Shown here piece after piece: positions 21,696-30,081 of a stretch of DNA of 32,000 bases. The stretch is from positions 540,001-572,000 of the forward strand of contig CP006915.1 in NCBI GenBank assembly GCA_000503915.1. Reading direction: 5' to 3'. The stretch comes from Candidatus Saccharimonadota bacterium (lineage in GTDB: Bacteria > Patescibacteriota > Saccharimonadia > Saccharimonadales > Saccharimonadaceae). The notes beneath the pieces were generated by a model. The model worked only from the letters and a program-made list of their open reading frames with translations. It was not told the DNA's origin and made no database searches. Both the position numbers and the translations under genes were made by a program. The stretch's first letter is position 1; each line of letters starts with the position of its first letter.

Positions 21696-24389
21696 CTAGC
21701 GGAGTGAGACTGTCTTCTCTTCCCCGTCTTTGACGGATAGCGTTGTCTCTGATTTCTCGGAAGCTGTACTGGAAGTGGCAGAGTTTTCCGTAGCGGTAGC
21801 GGCTTGACCTTCTGCCTCGGTTTTCTTTTTGTGTGAACGGGTGCGTTTGCGTTTCTTCTTTGGCTCCTCCCCTGCTTCGGATGATGCCAGCACCTCTTTC
21901 GGCGCGCTGGCTGATCCGGGCTGTGGCTTCAGGATGGTGCTCGCTGCGGGGCTTTGCATCTCTGGTTTGCCTCGTGGCATGACGAGATTGGCTATCTCTT
22001 GTTCTACCTCTGTCCTACTGCGGCTATAGTGGAGGCGCGTATGTTCGACGATACGACCAGTGTTATCGGTTTGCGCCACTGGCAGATTAAGCGTCCGGGC
22101 ACTAAATGCTGGCGTCTTTTCTCCGTTGATGACCATATTGATAACGAAGTTGCGGTTGTGCATTTGAAGCAGGTCAAGCGCTTCGAAATTCGGTTCAAAT
22201 TGCTTGGCGAGGATTGGTGCGTCGTCGGCGGAAACACGGAAACAAATCATGGTGCCGACGTTACCAAAGACGGCGTCGCGCACCGTTTCATTCATCTGTG
22301 AGATGTACTGGTTGGCGACGGTCAGGTTGAGGCCGTACTTGCGAGCCTCCGACAAGATAGTTGCGAAACTATCGGTCGCGAAGTTTTGGAATTCATCGAC
22401 ATACAGATAGAACGGTCGGCGATCCTCGATATCCGGGATATCGCTCCTACTCATAGCGGCTAGCTGGATTTTTGTGACCATAAAGGCGCCTAAGATAGCA
22501 GCATTATCTTCGCCAATCAGACCTTTGGAGAGATTAACGACGAGGATCTTGCCATCGTCCATGATCTTGCGAATATTGAAGGTACTTTTGGGCTGACCGA
22601 TGATATTACGGATGATCGGGTTGGCGGTAAAGGCGCCGACCTTGTTGAGCACCGGGGCGATTGCTTCAGCCTGAAACTTGTCATTCCAGCTGGCAAATTC
22701 AACATTCCAGAATTGCAAGACGACGGTGTCGGTACAGGTTGCGAGGACTTCTTTTCTAAACCTTTTGTCGGTCAGCATGCGGGTAATGTCGAGCATGGTG
22801 GTATTTGGGTGGTCGAGCAGCGCCAGAATGGTATAACGAAGGATATATTCGAGTCGCGGCCCCCAGCTTTCGCCAAACATACGTTTCAGGACACCGATCA
22901 CCTCCGACGAAATATTGGTCTTCTGATTCGGATCGGTCACTTCGAGCGGGTTAAAGCCAAGCGGATAGGCGGTGTCGGCCGGGTTGAAGTAAACCACATC
23001 TTCAAGCCGTCCACCAGGGATGAAACGGAGGTTATTGACCGCAAAGTCGCCGTGCGGATCGATAATCGCATAGCCGTGGCCATGGTAGATATCGCTAAGA
23101 GCAAAGAGTTCTAGTGTACCGGTTTTTCCGGCACCGGTCTGGCCGATAATATAGACGTGACGCGAACGGTCATAGCGCAGCATACCGAATTGGTGGTTGA
23201 TGCCGCGGAAGTTGGTGACGCCAAAAGCAGAGATGTTTTCATCAATAGCTGCGTTGCCGGTGATAATCGGCAGCTTAGCCGGCGGTTCGGCCGTCTTGTT
23301 GCTGGCCCAGACGATATTTGGTGTTTCCACATTGGTGTGTGGCAAGTGAAAGACGGAAGCGAGTTCTTCGATATTAAGAATAAAGCCATGGTCGGCGAAC
23401 AAGCGTGTTTTATAAGCTATTAAATCTTCTTTCTTGAAGCTGGCTTTGGTGACCTTAAAGCCGTTGAGGTTGGTGCTATTAAATTGCTTGAAGGTACCGA
23501 CCAGGCCTTGCATGCGCTGCTTGGCATTTGTCTGGTTGTCACCCAGGTACGCCAAGCGGATCTTGACTTGATAGCCAAGTTTTGTCGCCTTTTTCTCAAC
23601 TTCGCTAATACGTGTCTTATCACGTTCGGAGAGTTCTTTTGGCTTTGCTTCACTGCCACTACCCTCTTCGGGTGGCTTCCATAAGGCAGCGAAAAAACTG
23701 CCCAGCCAACGTAGGTCAAAGCCTTGGCCGCCGCTGAGCGTAAAAGGATTACCGCCCTTTAGGTTACTGATCCAGCGCTCGCTCAATTTATGCCAATCAT
23801 CAGCAATTGGCCGTACGAGTACCTGGATCCATAGTTCTTCACCCGTCGATTCCAGTTTGGCGAGTGTCCCGGTGATACCGGCGAGCGGGTCAACCTCAAA
23901 ACTCTGAAAGGTTTTGATCGGTAAGAATTCGTCGCCAGTCAGGATAATCTCGCTCGTATAGACGACGGCGTGCTGCCGGTCGTGCGCTACGTAGTCTTCA
24001 TCTGCTTCGTGGATCTGAACCGTCGGATACTGCGAGTAGATCTGACCTTCCACGAAACTTTGCAAGCTACGCGGTACCCAGACATAGAAACGGATCTGGC
24101 CATTGACCGAGGCAATCTCAAAACTGAGGTGCTCCTGAATGCCGCCGTTCAATTTTAGTTCAGGTTTGTCGCGCAAAATGCCGTGTAAGCTAGCGAATAG
24201 CTGCTCGGCAGCCAGCTCTGACTTGTCATTGGCTTTTGGGATCTCCAGGATAAGCAAGGTACTCTCGTGCTTCGATGGCGGTGGTACGACACGGTAGTTG
24301 CGCCAGGTTGCATAGAGCAATACGATAACGATCGGTACCCAAACGTACCACTGGAGAAGGATCTCTAAAGCTGAAGAGAGGATAGTCAT
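21696..24389 (-). CDS. membrane-anchored P-loop ATPase of the VirD4/TraG/TraD coupling-protein / HerA-FtsK type
   Basis: 897 aa. N-terminal TM helix (WYVWVPIVIVLLYATW), Walker A YIIGQTGAGKTG, Walker B FYLYVDEFQNF, and a lysine/serine-rich disordered tail (KKKRKRTRSHKKK). Confidence 0.8.
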   Translation of the reverse strand: MTILSSALEILLQWYVWVPIVIVLLYATWRNYRVVPPPSKHESTLLILEIPKANDKSELAAEQLFASLHGILRDKPELKLNGGIQEHLSFEIASVNGQIRFYVWVPRSLQSFVEGQIYSQYPTVQIHEADEDYVAHDRQHAVVYTSEIILTGDEFLPIKTFQSFEVDPLAGITGTLAKLESTGEELWIQVLVRPIADDWHKLSERWISNLKGGNPFTLSGGQGFDLRWLGSFFAALWKPPEEGSGSEAKPKELSERDKTRISEVEKKATKLGYQVKIRLAYLGDNQTNAKQRMQGLVGTFKQFNSTNLNGFKVTKASFKKEDLIAYKTRLFADHGFILNIEELASVFHLPHTNVETPNIVWASNKTAEPPAKLPIITGNAAIDENISAFGVTNFRGINHQFGMLRYDRSRHVYIIGQTGAGKTGTLELFALSDIYHGHGYAIIDPHGDFAVNNLRFIPGGRLEDVVYFNPADTAYPLGFNPLEVTDPNQKTNISSEVIGVLKRMFGESWGPRLEYILRYTILALLDHPNTTMLDITRMLTDKRFRKEVLATCTDTVVLQFWNVEFASWNDKFQAEAIAPVLNKVGAFTANPIIRNIIGQPKSTFNIRKIMDDGKILVVNLSKGLIGEDNAAILGAFMVTKIQLAAMSRSDIPDIEDRRPFYLYVDEFQNFATDSFATILSEARKYGLNLTVANQYISQMNETVRDAVFGNVGTMICFRVSADDAPILAKQFEPNFEALDLLQMHNRNFVINMVINGEKTPAFSARTLNLPVAQTDNTGRIVEHTRLHYSRSRTEVEQEIANLVMPRGKPEMQSPAASTILKPQPGSASAPKEVLASSEAGEEPKKKRKRTRSHKKKTEAEGQAATATENSATSSTASEKSETTLSVKDGEEKTVSLR

Positions 24390-24448
24390 AATACTCTACC
24401 GTCTATTGTCCCACCTGCGCCTCTGTAATGCAACCGGTGAGAATAGAT

Positions 24449-25501
24449 TTAGGCTTCGTCAGCAAGCTTGTAAGTTGCTTTCGATACGCGCTTGAATTGC
24501 GGCTTGCTCTGAAGGTTCAGCAAGATGGTCGTTTCTTTGACTTGGCGGCTCTTTAAGACGCGTTTGACGATCTCATCACGATGCAGTGGCTCGCCGGCTT
24601 TTTTCAGGACATTGGCGATGATGTCGGCAACCGTACCCTTGCTGTAACCCCAGCTGTCGAGCGCGTAAATACCGCGGCCGATCAGCACGAAACGCTTGTC
24701 TTTGATGAGCTCATTGTGAATTGCTTGTGTCGTGACATCTTTGCGCTTGAAATCACTCTGCTTGATACTGCTCGCGATGTCGGAAAAGTGCATTGGTTTG
24801 CCATTTTCGGCTAAGATCACGTAGATCTTGTCGCGGATATTTTTGGGGTTGACGGTTGGCCACTTGACAAGTCCCCAACGGTCTTTTAAGCTAGCCAGTT
24901 TTTTACTGACGCTTGCAAGAGCGCGAACATGGTCGGGGTGCTCATGGTTAAGCTTGGCGTGCAGCTCCTCTATCTGGATCGGTTCGCCATGCTTTTTGAT
25001 TGTCTTGACGATCTCTTCGACGTTTGCTTTGATTTTCTTTTCATCGGCGTGTTCTTTGATGCCGATGGCCAGATAAAAGTCATCGTTTTCATTGACGACG
25101 GAAATATTTGGTGATAACTCCGCGACAAAGGCAACATGGGATCGGTGAGCAGGAGTCGTGTCTTTGCCAACCATGGCTTCGGTCACGTCCTGGATACGGG
25201 CAACTCTCCCCTTTTCAGACAGCTGGCGGATCAGGTGTCGCTCTACTTCGTGCAAGCTAGGAATCTTGTTTTGCTCAGAGGCAGCCTTAAGACGAGTCAG
25301 GATGGCTTTTTCGAGCTGGCGCACACGCTCACGAGTAATACCGAGCAGCTCGCCGATCTGTTCAAGCGTCTCTTTGCGCTCGTATAGGCCAAAGCGGCGG
25401 GTAATGATTTCACGCTCACGATCCTGCTCTATCAGAGCCAGCGTGTCGTCAACAGCGACCGTAAGGCTCGCTGCCATATCTGTTTGACTCGTCTGTTCCA
25501 T
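24449..25501 (-). CDS. DNA-binding protein: sigma-70 region-4-like HTH followed by HARE-HTH/winged-helix-like repeats
   Basis: ITRRFGLYERKETLEQIGELLGITRERVRQLEKAILTRLK is region 4-like. The C-terminal MHFSDIA...IGRGIYALDSWGY and GEPLHRDEIVKRVL... look like HARE-HTH units. ATG 25501 has a GAGAGGAAG SD; the track GTG 25525 is the alternative start. Confidence 0.75.
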   Translation of the reverse strand: MEQTSQTDMAASLTVAVDDTLALIEQDREREIITRRFGLYERKETLEQIGELLGITRERVRQLEKAILTRLKAASEQNKIPSLHEVERHLIRQLSEKGRVARIQDVTEAMVGKDTTPAHRSHVAFVAELSPNISVVNENDDFYLAIGIKEHADEKKIKANVEEIVKTIKKHGEPIQIEELHAKLNHEHPDHVRALASVSKKLASLKDRWGLVKWPTVNPKNIRDKIYVILAENGKPMHFSDIASSIKQSDFKRKDVTTQAIHNELIKDKRFVLIGRGIYALDSWGYSKGTVADIIANVLKKAGEPLHRDEIVKRVLKSRQVKETTILLNLQSKPQFKRVSKATYKLADEA

Positions 25502-25565
25502 TTCGGCGTTCTTCCTCTCGGCCACACCCTGTAAGTTTGTTGCTATGTTGATAATGTTAAATTAG

Positions 25566-25594
25566 ATTATAAAACAATGTATTTATAATGTCAA
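25566..25594 (-). promoter_or_regulatory. perfect consensus sigma-70-type promoter for the HTH-ATPase pair
   Basis: Minus strand: TTGACA (25589-25594), 17 nt, TATAAT (25566-25571), in a very AT-rich 173-bp gap after topA. Confidence 0.6.
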
Positions 25595-25698
25595 ACACAT
25601 TTTTCTATATGCCCAATTATAGCACATATTAGACGCTTATGGTAAATAGTACTTTTATTAGTCTAGTACTAAGGACGAAAAAATATTATAAGTACAAA

Positions 25699-28029
25699 TT
25701 ATGATTTTTTACGGACGATTCGACGCCGTTTTTTGGTTGCTGGCGCAGCGGCAAGTAGCTTTTTAGCTTGCTCATGTGTGACCGTCTTTGGGTCAGTGTC
25801 TTTGGGAATCTTGGCGTTCTTCTTGCCGTCGGTGATGTAGGGGCCAAAGCGGCCATTTAGTACTTTTATACCATCCCCGAAGTCGGCGATATTCTTTTCT
25901 GCCTCGGCTTTGAGCTTGGCGTCATAGAGTTCGCGTGCTTTCTCAAGGGTAATATCGTGTGGATCTTCTGGCTTGATACTGACAAATAGCTTGCCTACTT
26001 GGATATAGGGGCCAAAGCGGCCGATATTGGCTTTAATGTCTTGTCCGTCACTGGTTTGCCCGACGAAGCGTGGCAGCTTAAAGGCGTGCAGTGCCTCGTC
26101 AAGGGTGATGGTCTCGATCTTCGTTCCCTTTGGAAGCGGTGCGAACTGCGGTTTGTCGTCTTTATCTTCGGAGCTACCGAGTTGGAGCATCGGTCCATAG
26201 CGGCCAAAGCGTGCTAGGATCGGCTTGCCAGACTTCGGATCAGTGCCGACTTCACGGTTAGTGCCAACGGTACTGCGGTCGATGGTGCCGGATTGTTCGA
26301 TGAGCGTATGGAACGGTGTATAGAAATCCGTCAGCATGTCGTTTCTGGCCAGCTTGTTTTCGGCGATGTCGTCGAAGTGCTCCTCGACGCTGGCCGTAAA
26401 GCCATAATCGATGATTTGTTCGAAGTGCTCGCCAAGGAAGTCGGCGATGAGTTCACCGGCGGGTGTCGGCACTAACTTACCGCGGTCTGAACCAGTTTTT
26501 TCCTCTATGACCTCGCGTTCAACCTCGCCGTCAACGAGTGACAATACGATTACGTCGCGTGGCGTACCCTCGTTTTCGCCTTTTTCGGCGTAACCGCGTA
26601 TCTGCACGGTATTGATAATAGTTGCATACGTACTCGGGCGGCCAATACCAAGCTCCTCGAGCTTTTTAACGAGCGAGCCTTCAGTGTAGCGTGCCGGTGG
26701 ACGGGCAAAAACCTGACGTGCCTCGACTGAGTAGAGTGATAGCGCTTGATCTTTCTCAAGAACAGGCAGAATCTCTTCCTTGCCGCCACCGTAGACGCGC
26801 AGGAAGCCGTCAAAGAGGATAACCTGACCCTTGGCTTCGAAAACTGGCCCAGTCACTGTCGCCTTTTCGGAAGACGACGGTAGTGAAAAGATGATCGTAA
26901 CTGTCGTATTCTCCAGTTTGGCTGGGCTCATCTGGCTGGCGATGGTGCGGCGACGGATCAGGTCGTATAATTTCTGGTCGTAATCGTTACCACTGACTTG
27001 CTCACGGGTGACATCGGTTGGTCGGATGGCTTCGTGCGCTTCCTGAGCAGAAGTATTCTTGGTTTTGTACTTACGGATGGTGCTGTATTCGTGACCGTAT
27101 AGTGACTTGACGTAGTCAGCCGTAGCGGCGATAGCCTGCGCGCTCAGGTTGACACTGTCGGTACGCATGTAGGTGATCTTACCCTCCTGGTAGAGCTTTT
27201 GCGCTGCCGTCATGGTGGCCTTCGAACTGAAGCCTAGCTTCGAGTTAGCTTCCTGCTGAAGTGTACTGGTAGTAAATGGTGCACTAGGGTTACGCGTACC
27301 CGGTGATTTGGTGACCGAAGAAACAGCAAAGCTGGCGCCTTTGAGGGTTTCGAGGAAGGTTGTCGCTGCTTCCTCGCTATCAAACCGTTTATTAAGCTCG
27401 GCTTTGATCTCCCTGCCTTCGTGGGGAAAGATAGCCGTTATCTTGAATTGGCTTGAGCTCTCAAACTTTGCGATTTCACGCTCCCGCTCGACGAGTAGCC
27501 GCACCGCCGGACTCTGGACGCGGCCAGCCGATTTACCACCAGGTACCTTCTGCCAGACGACTGGTGAGAGTTCGAAGCCGACGATACGATCTAATATCTG
27601 GCGAGCTTGCTGTGCCTGCACCAGGTACATATCAACCGTACGCGGATGCTTTATAGCCTCGGTAATGGCGTCCTTTGTGATCTCGTGGAACACGATACGG
27701 TTAGTTGTTTTCGGATCGAGTTTCAAGACCTCGCAAAGATGCCAGGCGATCGCCTCTCCTTCACGGTCTTCATCAGTTGCCAGCCAGACGGTTTCGGCAT
27801 TTTTGACTGCCTTTTTCAGCGCGGTAATAACCTTTTTCTTTTCCGGGTCGACTTCGTAAACGGTTTTAAAGCCGTTCTTTACGTCAATTGGCGGCGTACC
27901 GTCTTTGGTTTTTTTGACGATGGAGCGGATATGGCCAATGCTGGAAAGCACCGTAAAATCACTCCCGAGATATTTCTCGATTGTCTTGGCTTTGGCCGGT
28001 GACTCTACGATAACAAGATTTTTGCTCAT
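25699..28029 (-). CDS. topA: DNA topoisomerase I
   Basis: Toprim start MSKNLVIVESPAKAKTIEKYLG, DEDREGEAIAWH, active-site region ITYMRTDS, and C-terminal GRFGPY repeats. Confidence 0.95.
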   Translation of the reverse strand: MSKNLVIVESPAKAKTIEKYLGSDFTVLSSIGHIRSIVKKTKDGTPPIDVKNGFKTVYEVDPEKKKVITALKKAVKNAETVWLATDEDREGEAIAWHLCEVLKLDPKTTNRIVFHEITKDAITEAIKHPRTVDMYLVQAQQARQILDRIVGFELSPVVWQKVPGGKSAGRVQSPAVRLLVEREREIAKFESSSQFKITAIFPHEGREIKAELNKRFDSEEAATTFLETLKGASFAVSSVTKSPGTRNPSAPFTTSTLQQEANSKLGFSSKATMTAAQKLYQEGKITYMRTDSVNLSAQAIAATADYVKSLYGHEYSTIRKYKTKNTSAQEAHEAIRPTDVTREQVSGNDYDQKLYDLIRRRTIASQMSPAKLENTTVTIIFSLPSSSEKATVTGPVFEAKGQVILFDGFLRVYGGGKEEILPVLEKDQALSLYSVEARQVFARPPARYTEGSLVKKLEELGIGRPSTYATIINTVQIRGYAEKGENEGTPRDVIVLSLVDGEVEREVIEEKTGSDRGKLVPTPAGELIADFLGEHFEQIIDYGFTASVEEHFDDIAENKLARNDMLTDFYTPFHTLIEQSGTIDRSTVGTNREVGTDPKSGKPILARFGRYGPMLQLGSSEDKDDKPQFAPLPKGTKIETITLDEALHAFKLPRFVGQTSDGQDIKANIGRFGPYIQVGKLFVSIKPEDPHDITLEKARELYDAKLKAEAEKNIADFGDGIKVLNGRFGPYITDGKKNAKIPKDTDPKTVTHEQAKKLLAAAPATKKRRRIVRKKS

Positions 28030-28120
28030 ATATTATTTACTATAGTCCTTTGCTGCAAGAAAGCACCAGTGACGTATAGTAGCGCAAGCGAAATGTTTTG
28101 TAAACGGTCTAAGCAAAAGA

Positions 28121-28978
28121 TTACCGCAATGTCCATTGGTTGGCACCGAGATTGCGGATGAGGCCGTTGATTTCGAGCATCGTGAGGGCGGTTGAAAGCT
28201 CGGTAGCGGAAATCGCAAGTGATGCTTGGATCTCATCACCGTCACGCAGACCGTTTTGTAAAGCTTCGATCACTTTTTGTTCGGCTGGGGTATTGCCGAG
28301 AGCCAGTGACGTCTGCGGTTTTAATAAATCGGGTGCGATGACCTCCAGTACATCATCGCTGTGAATTAGTGGTGTCGCTCCCTGTTTTATTAAGTAATTA
28401 CAACCGATACTCATCGCACTGGTGATATTACCCGGTACGACAAAGATCTCCTTGCCCTGTTCGAGGGCATGTGCCGCCGTGTTTAAAGTACCGCTCCGCG
28501 CGGCAGCCTCAGTAATAATAATCGCATCAGCCAGGCCGCTGACGAGGCGGTTACGCTCCAAAAAGTAGTGCGGTCGTGCCTCTTCATCCTCTGAATACTC
28601 ACTAATGAGCGCTCCCCCACCCGCAAGGATACGTTCGGCTAGCTGACGATGGGCTGAGGGGTAAATGCGCGGTAAGCCGCTGCCGAGTATGGCGAGCGTC
28701 ATGCCACCAGCGTCTAGCGCGGCCTTGTGAGCTAAACCGTCGACACCGAGCGCCAGTCCGCTGACGATGACGATCCCTTTAGCGGCCAGCTCCGTGGTGA
28801 TCTTTTCGGTTACCTCCTTGCCGTAGGTGGTCGGCTTGCGCGTGCCAATGATCGCGACCGTTGGCCGACGCACATCGGGTAATGTACCACTATAATTCAA
28901 TGTTTTTGGAGGTTCGGCAATAGAAGCTAGTATCTTTAGGTATCTGTGCTTATCTGGTGAAATCTTATTGATTTTCAT
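28121..28978 (-). CDS. dprA: DNA-processing protein DprA (Smf)
   Basis: VAIIGTRKPTTYG, IVSGLALGVDGLAHKAAL, and ERNRLVSGLADAIIITEAAARSGTLNTA are the DprA Rossmann-like core, followed by a C-terminal winged-helix-like tail. Confidence 0.9.
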   Translation of the reverse strand: MKINKISPDKHRYLKILASIAEPPKTLNYSGTLPDVRRPTVAIIGTRKPTTYGKEVTEKITTELAAKGIVIVSGLALGVDGLAHKAALDAGGMTLAILGSGLPRIYPSAHRQLAERILAGGGALISEYSEDEEARPHYFLERNRLVSGLADAIIITEAAARSGTLNTAAHALEQGKEIFVVPGNITSAMSIGCNYLIKQGATPLIHSDDVLEVIAPDLLKPQTSLALGNTPAEQKVIEALQNGLRDGDEIQASLAISATELSTALTMLEINGLIRNLGANQWTLR

Positions 28979-28998
28979 ACAAAAAGTGTCGAAAGGTA

Positions 28999-29027
28999 TT
29001 GACGTTATGTCAAATCAGTGTTAATAT
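28999..29027 (+). promoter_or_regulatory. strong promoter diverging from dprA
   Basis: TTGACG (28999-29004), 17 nt, TAATAT (29022-29027), with a TGt extended -10. Confidence 0.6.
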
Positions 29028-29032
29028 GGGTA

Positions 29033-29492
29033 ACGATTGATTGAAATCTGCGAGATCCAATCAAACGCACCTTATACCCCCTATTCTAACTTATGTTAGG
29101 TTGCGAGTCATGTGCGCTTTAGTATTCTACCCTCCACTACGGCGCCTTAGACAGCATGGCTTGCATACTAACCCCTTTAACCCTATTTCATTGGTTTTCA
29201 CCCCAAAGTGATTATTCAGTAATGAGTTTTATAGCTCAGGCGTCCACTTTCCCTGGAGTTATGTGCGAACGCTTCACTGGTGATACCAGGGTGGTTGAAG
29301 GGTCAAATAGCGCTCATAGTGATGCCCACCCTTACTATGAGCGCTTTTTGATTGCGCCGGAGGCTTATGAGGGACACCGCAAGTCGGTTTCCCTCATCGC
29401 GCGGTGGGCCGGAGTGAATCCGGCCGGACCGGCTGCTCCTTTCCAGATATTTATAAAATCTTCACGAAGTAAATTCGCTGAAGATTTTTTAT
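29033..29492 (+). ncRNA. candidate structured non-coding RNA (unclassified), about 460 nt
   Basis: Bounded by the promoter above and a terminator (AAATCTTCACGAA gtaaa TTCGcTGAAGATTT + T run, 29456-29492). There is no convincing ORF on either strand. Several perfect hairpins (29037-29064, 29310-29344, 29367-29397, 29407-29425). Confidence 0.4.
29310..29349 (+). terminator. internal terminator-like hairpin within the candidate RNA
   Basis: GCGCTCATAGT (13-nt loop) ACTATGAGCGC followed by TTTTT. Loop CCACCC (29326-29331) is complementary to GGGTGG (29289-29294). Confidence 0.45.
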
Positions 29493-29510
29493 TTAATTGT
29501 TTTTGCCTAC

Positions 29511-29547
29511 ATAAAACTCGAGCCCCGACCGTGACGGTCGGGGCTCG
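29511..29547 (-). terminator. rho-independent terminator of the 137-aa gene
   Basis: 13-bp GC-rich stem CGAGCCCCGACCG / CGGTCGGGGCTCG, followed on the minus strand by AGTTTTAT. Confidence 0.75.
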
Positions 29548-29556
29548 GAGCTCGGA

Positions 29557-29970
29557 TCAGATGAAGTACGGCAGCATCCCCTCCAGGAGCTCAGTGGCGC
29601 TGACCCCACCCCACCCTCGGGCATCCTCTAGCCCGTAGGGGTGAATGGTGACTACCGTCTTGCCTCTCTTCTTACGAGGCCCGTAGACGTAGAACTTGGC
29701 GTTTCCTCCCAGTAGGAGCACTTGTGTGCACACGACCCCACCAGGAAGTTCTACACCCGAGCGTTTGTACGTCTGTACAAGCGGCAAGAGACGTGTGCCT
29801 CGATAGGACCAGCATTGATCCCCGAAGTCCATATCTGGGATTGTCGCGGCAAGCTCTGCGCTCATCTGACTGATGAGTTGCTGCGTCCAGGCATCACCTT
29901 GCATTCGACGTTTAGCTAGCTCTACGTCGTACACAAAGTCTTCCATCCTGCTACGAAGATTGTCCAGCAT
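29557..29970 (-). CDS. hypothetical protein (137 aa), G+C-rich orphan
   Basis: GAAGGA SD-like element upstream and its own strong terminator. 59% G+C in the 100 nt I counted (29601-29700). No family recognised. Confidence 0.6.
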   Translation of the reverse strand: MLDNLRSRMEDFVYDVELAKRRMQGDAWTQQLISQMSAELAATIPDMDFGDQCWSYRGTRLLPLVQTYKRSGVELPGGVVCTQVLLLGGNAKFYVYGPRKKRGKTVVTIHPYGLEDARGWGGVSATELLEGMLPYFI

Positions 29971-30081
29971 AGGATCATTCCTTCTCTCTCAAGCTCCGAT
30001 TTCGTCAGAGCGTTACCGGATGGATCATCAACGGGTTTCGCCGCTCGACGAAATTATCTATATATTACCATATTTTTATAT

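Noticed and set aside
19817-21700. Prophage or transposon annotation for the mosaic patch
   Set aside because: No integrase, transposase, capsid/terminase-like ORF or terminal inverted repeats were found. Only direct repeats and compositional mosaicism are present.
21696-24389. Calling a type IV secretion / conjugation locus or an integrative conjugative element
   Set aside because: No VirB4/VirB6/VirB8-11-like genes, relaxase, integrase or oriT-like features are seen in the window. Only the coupling-protein-like ATPase is present.
27308-28002. 183-aa and 131-aa plus-strand ORFs inside topA
   Set aside because: They are antisense to an unambiguous topoisomerase I gene. Their translations are Ser/Arg-rich shadow frames.
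28999-29492. Identification of the structured locus as tmRNA, RNase P RNA, SRP RNA or 6S RNA
   Set aside because: I could not find the tRNA-like 3' end (TTCGAATCC...CCACCA) or GGGG 5' end of tmRNA. I also found no GGAAAGTCCGGGC-type P4 strand of RNase P and no GGAAGCAGCC domain-IV motif of SRP RNA. This was only an eye check, so a covariance-model scan is still needed.
29156-29638. 160-aa plus-strand ORF in the dprA-downstream gap
   Set aside because: It has no SD. It reads through two intrinsic terminators and into the convergent gene, and its sequence is low-plausibility (Cys/Ser/Pro-rich, no domain pattern). The region is better explained as non-coding structured RNA.
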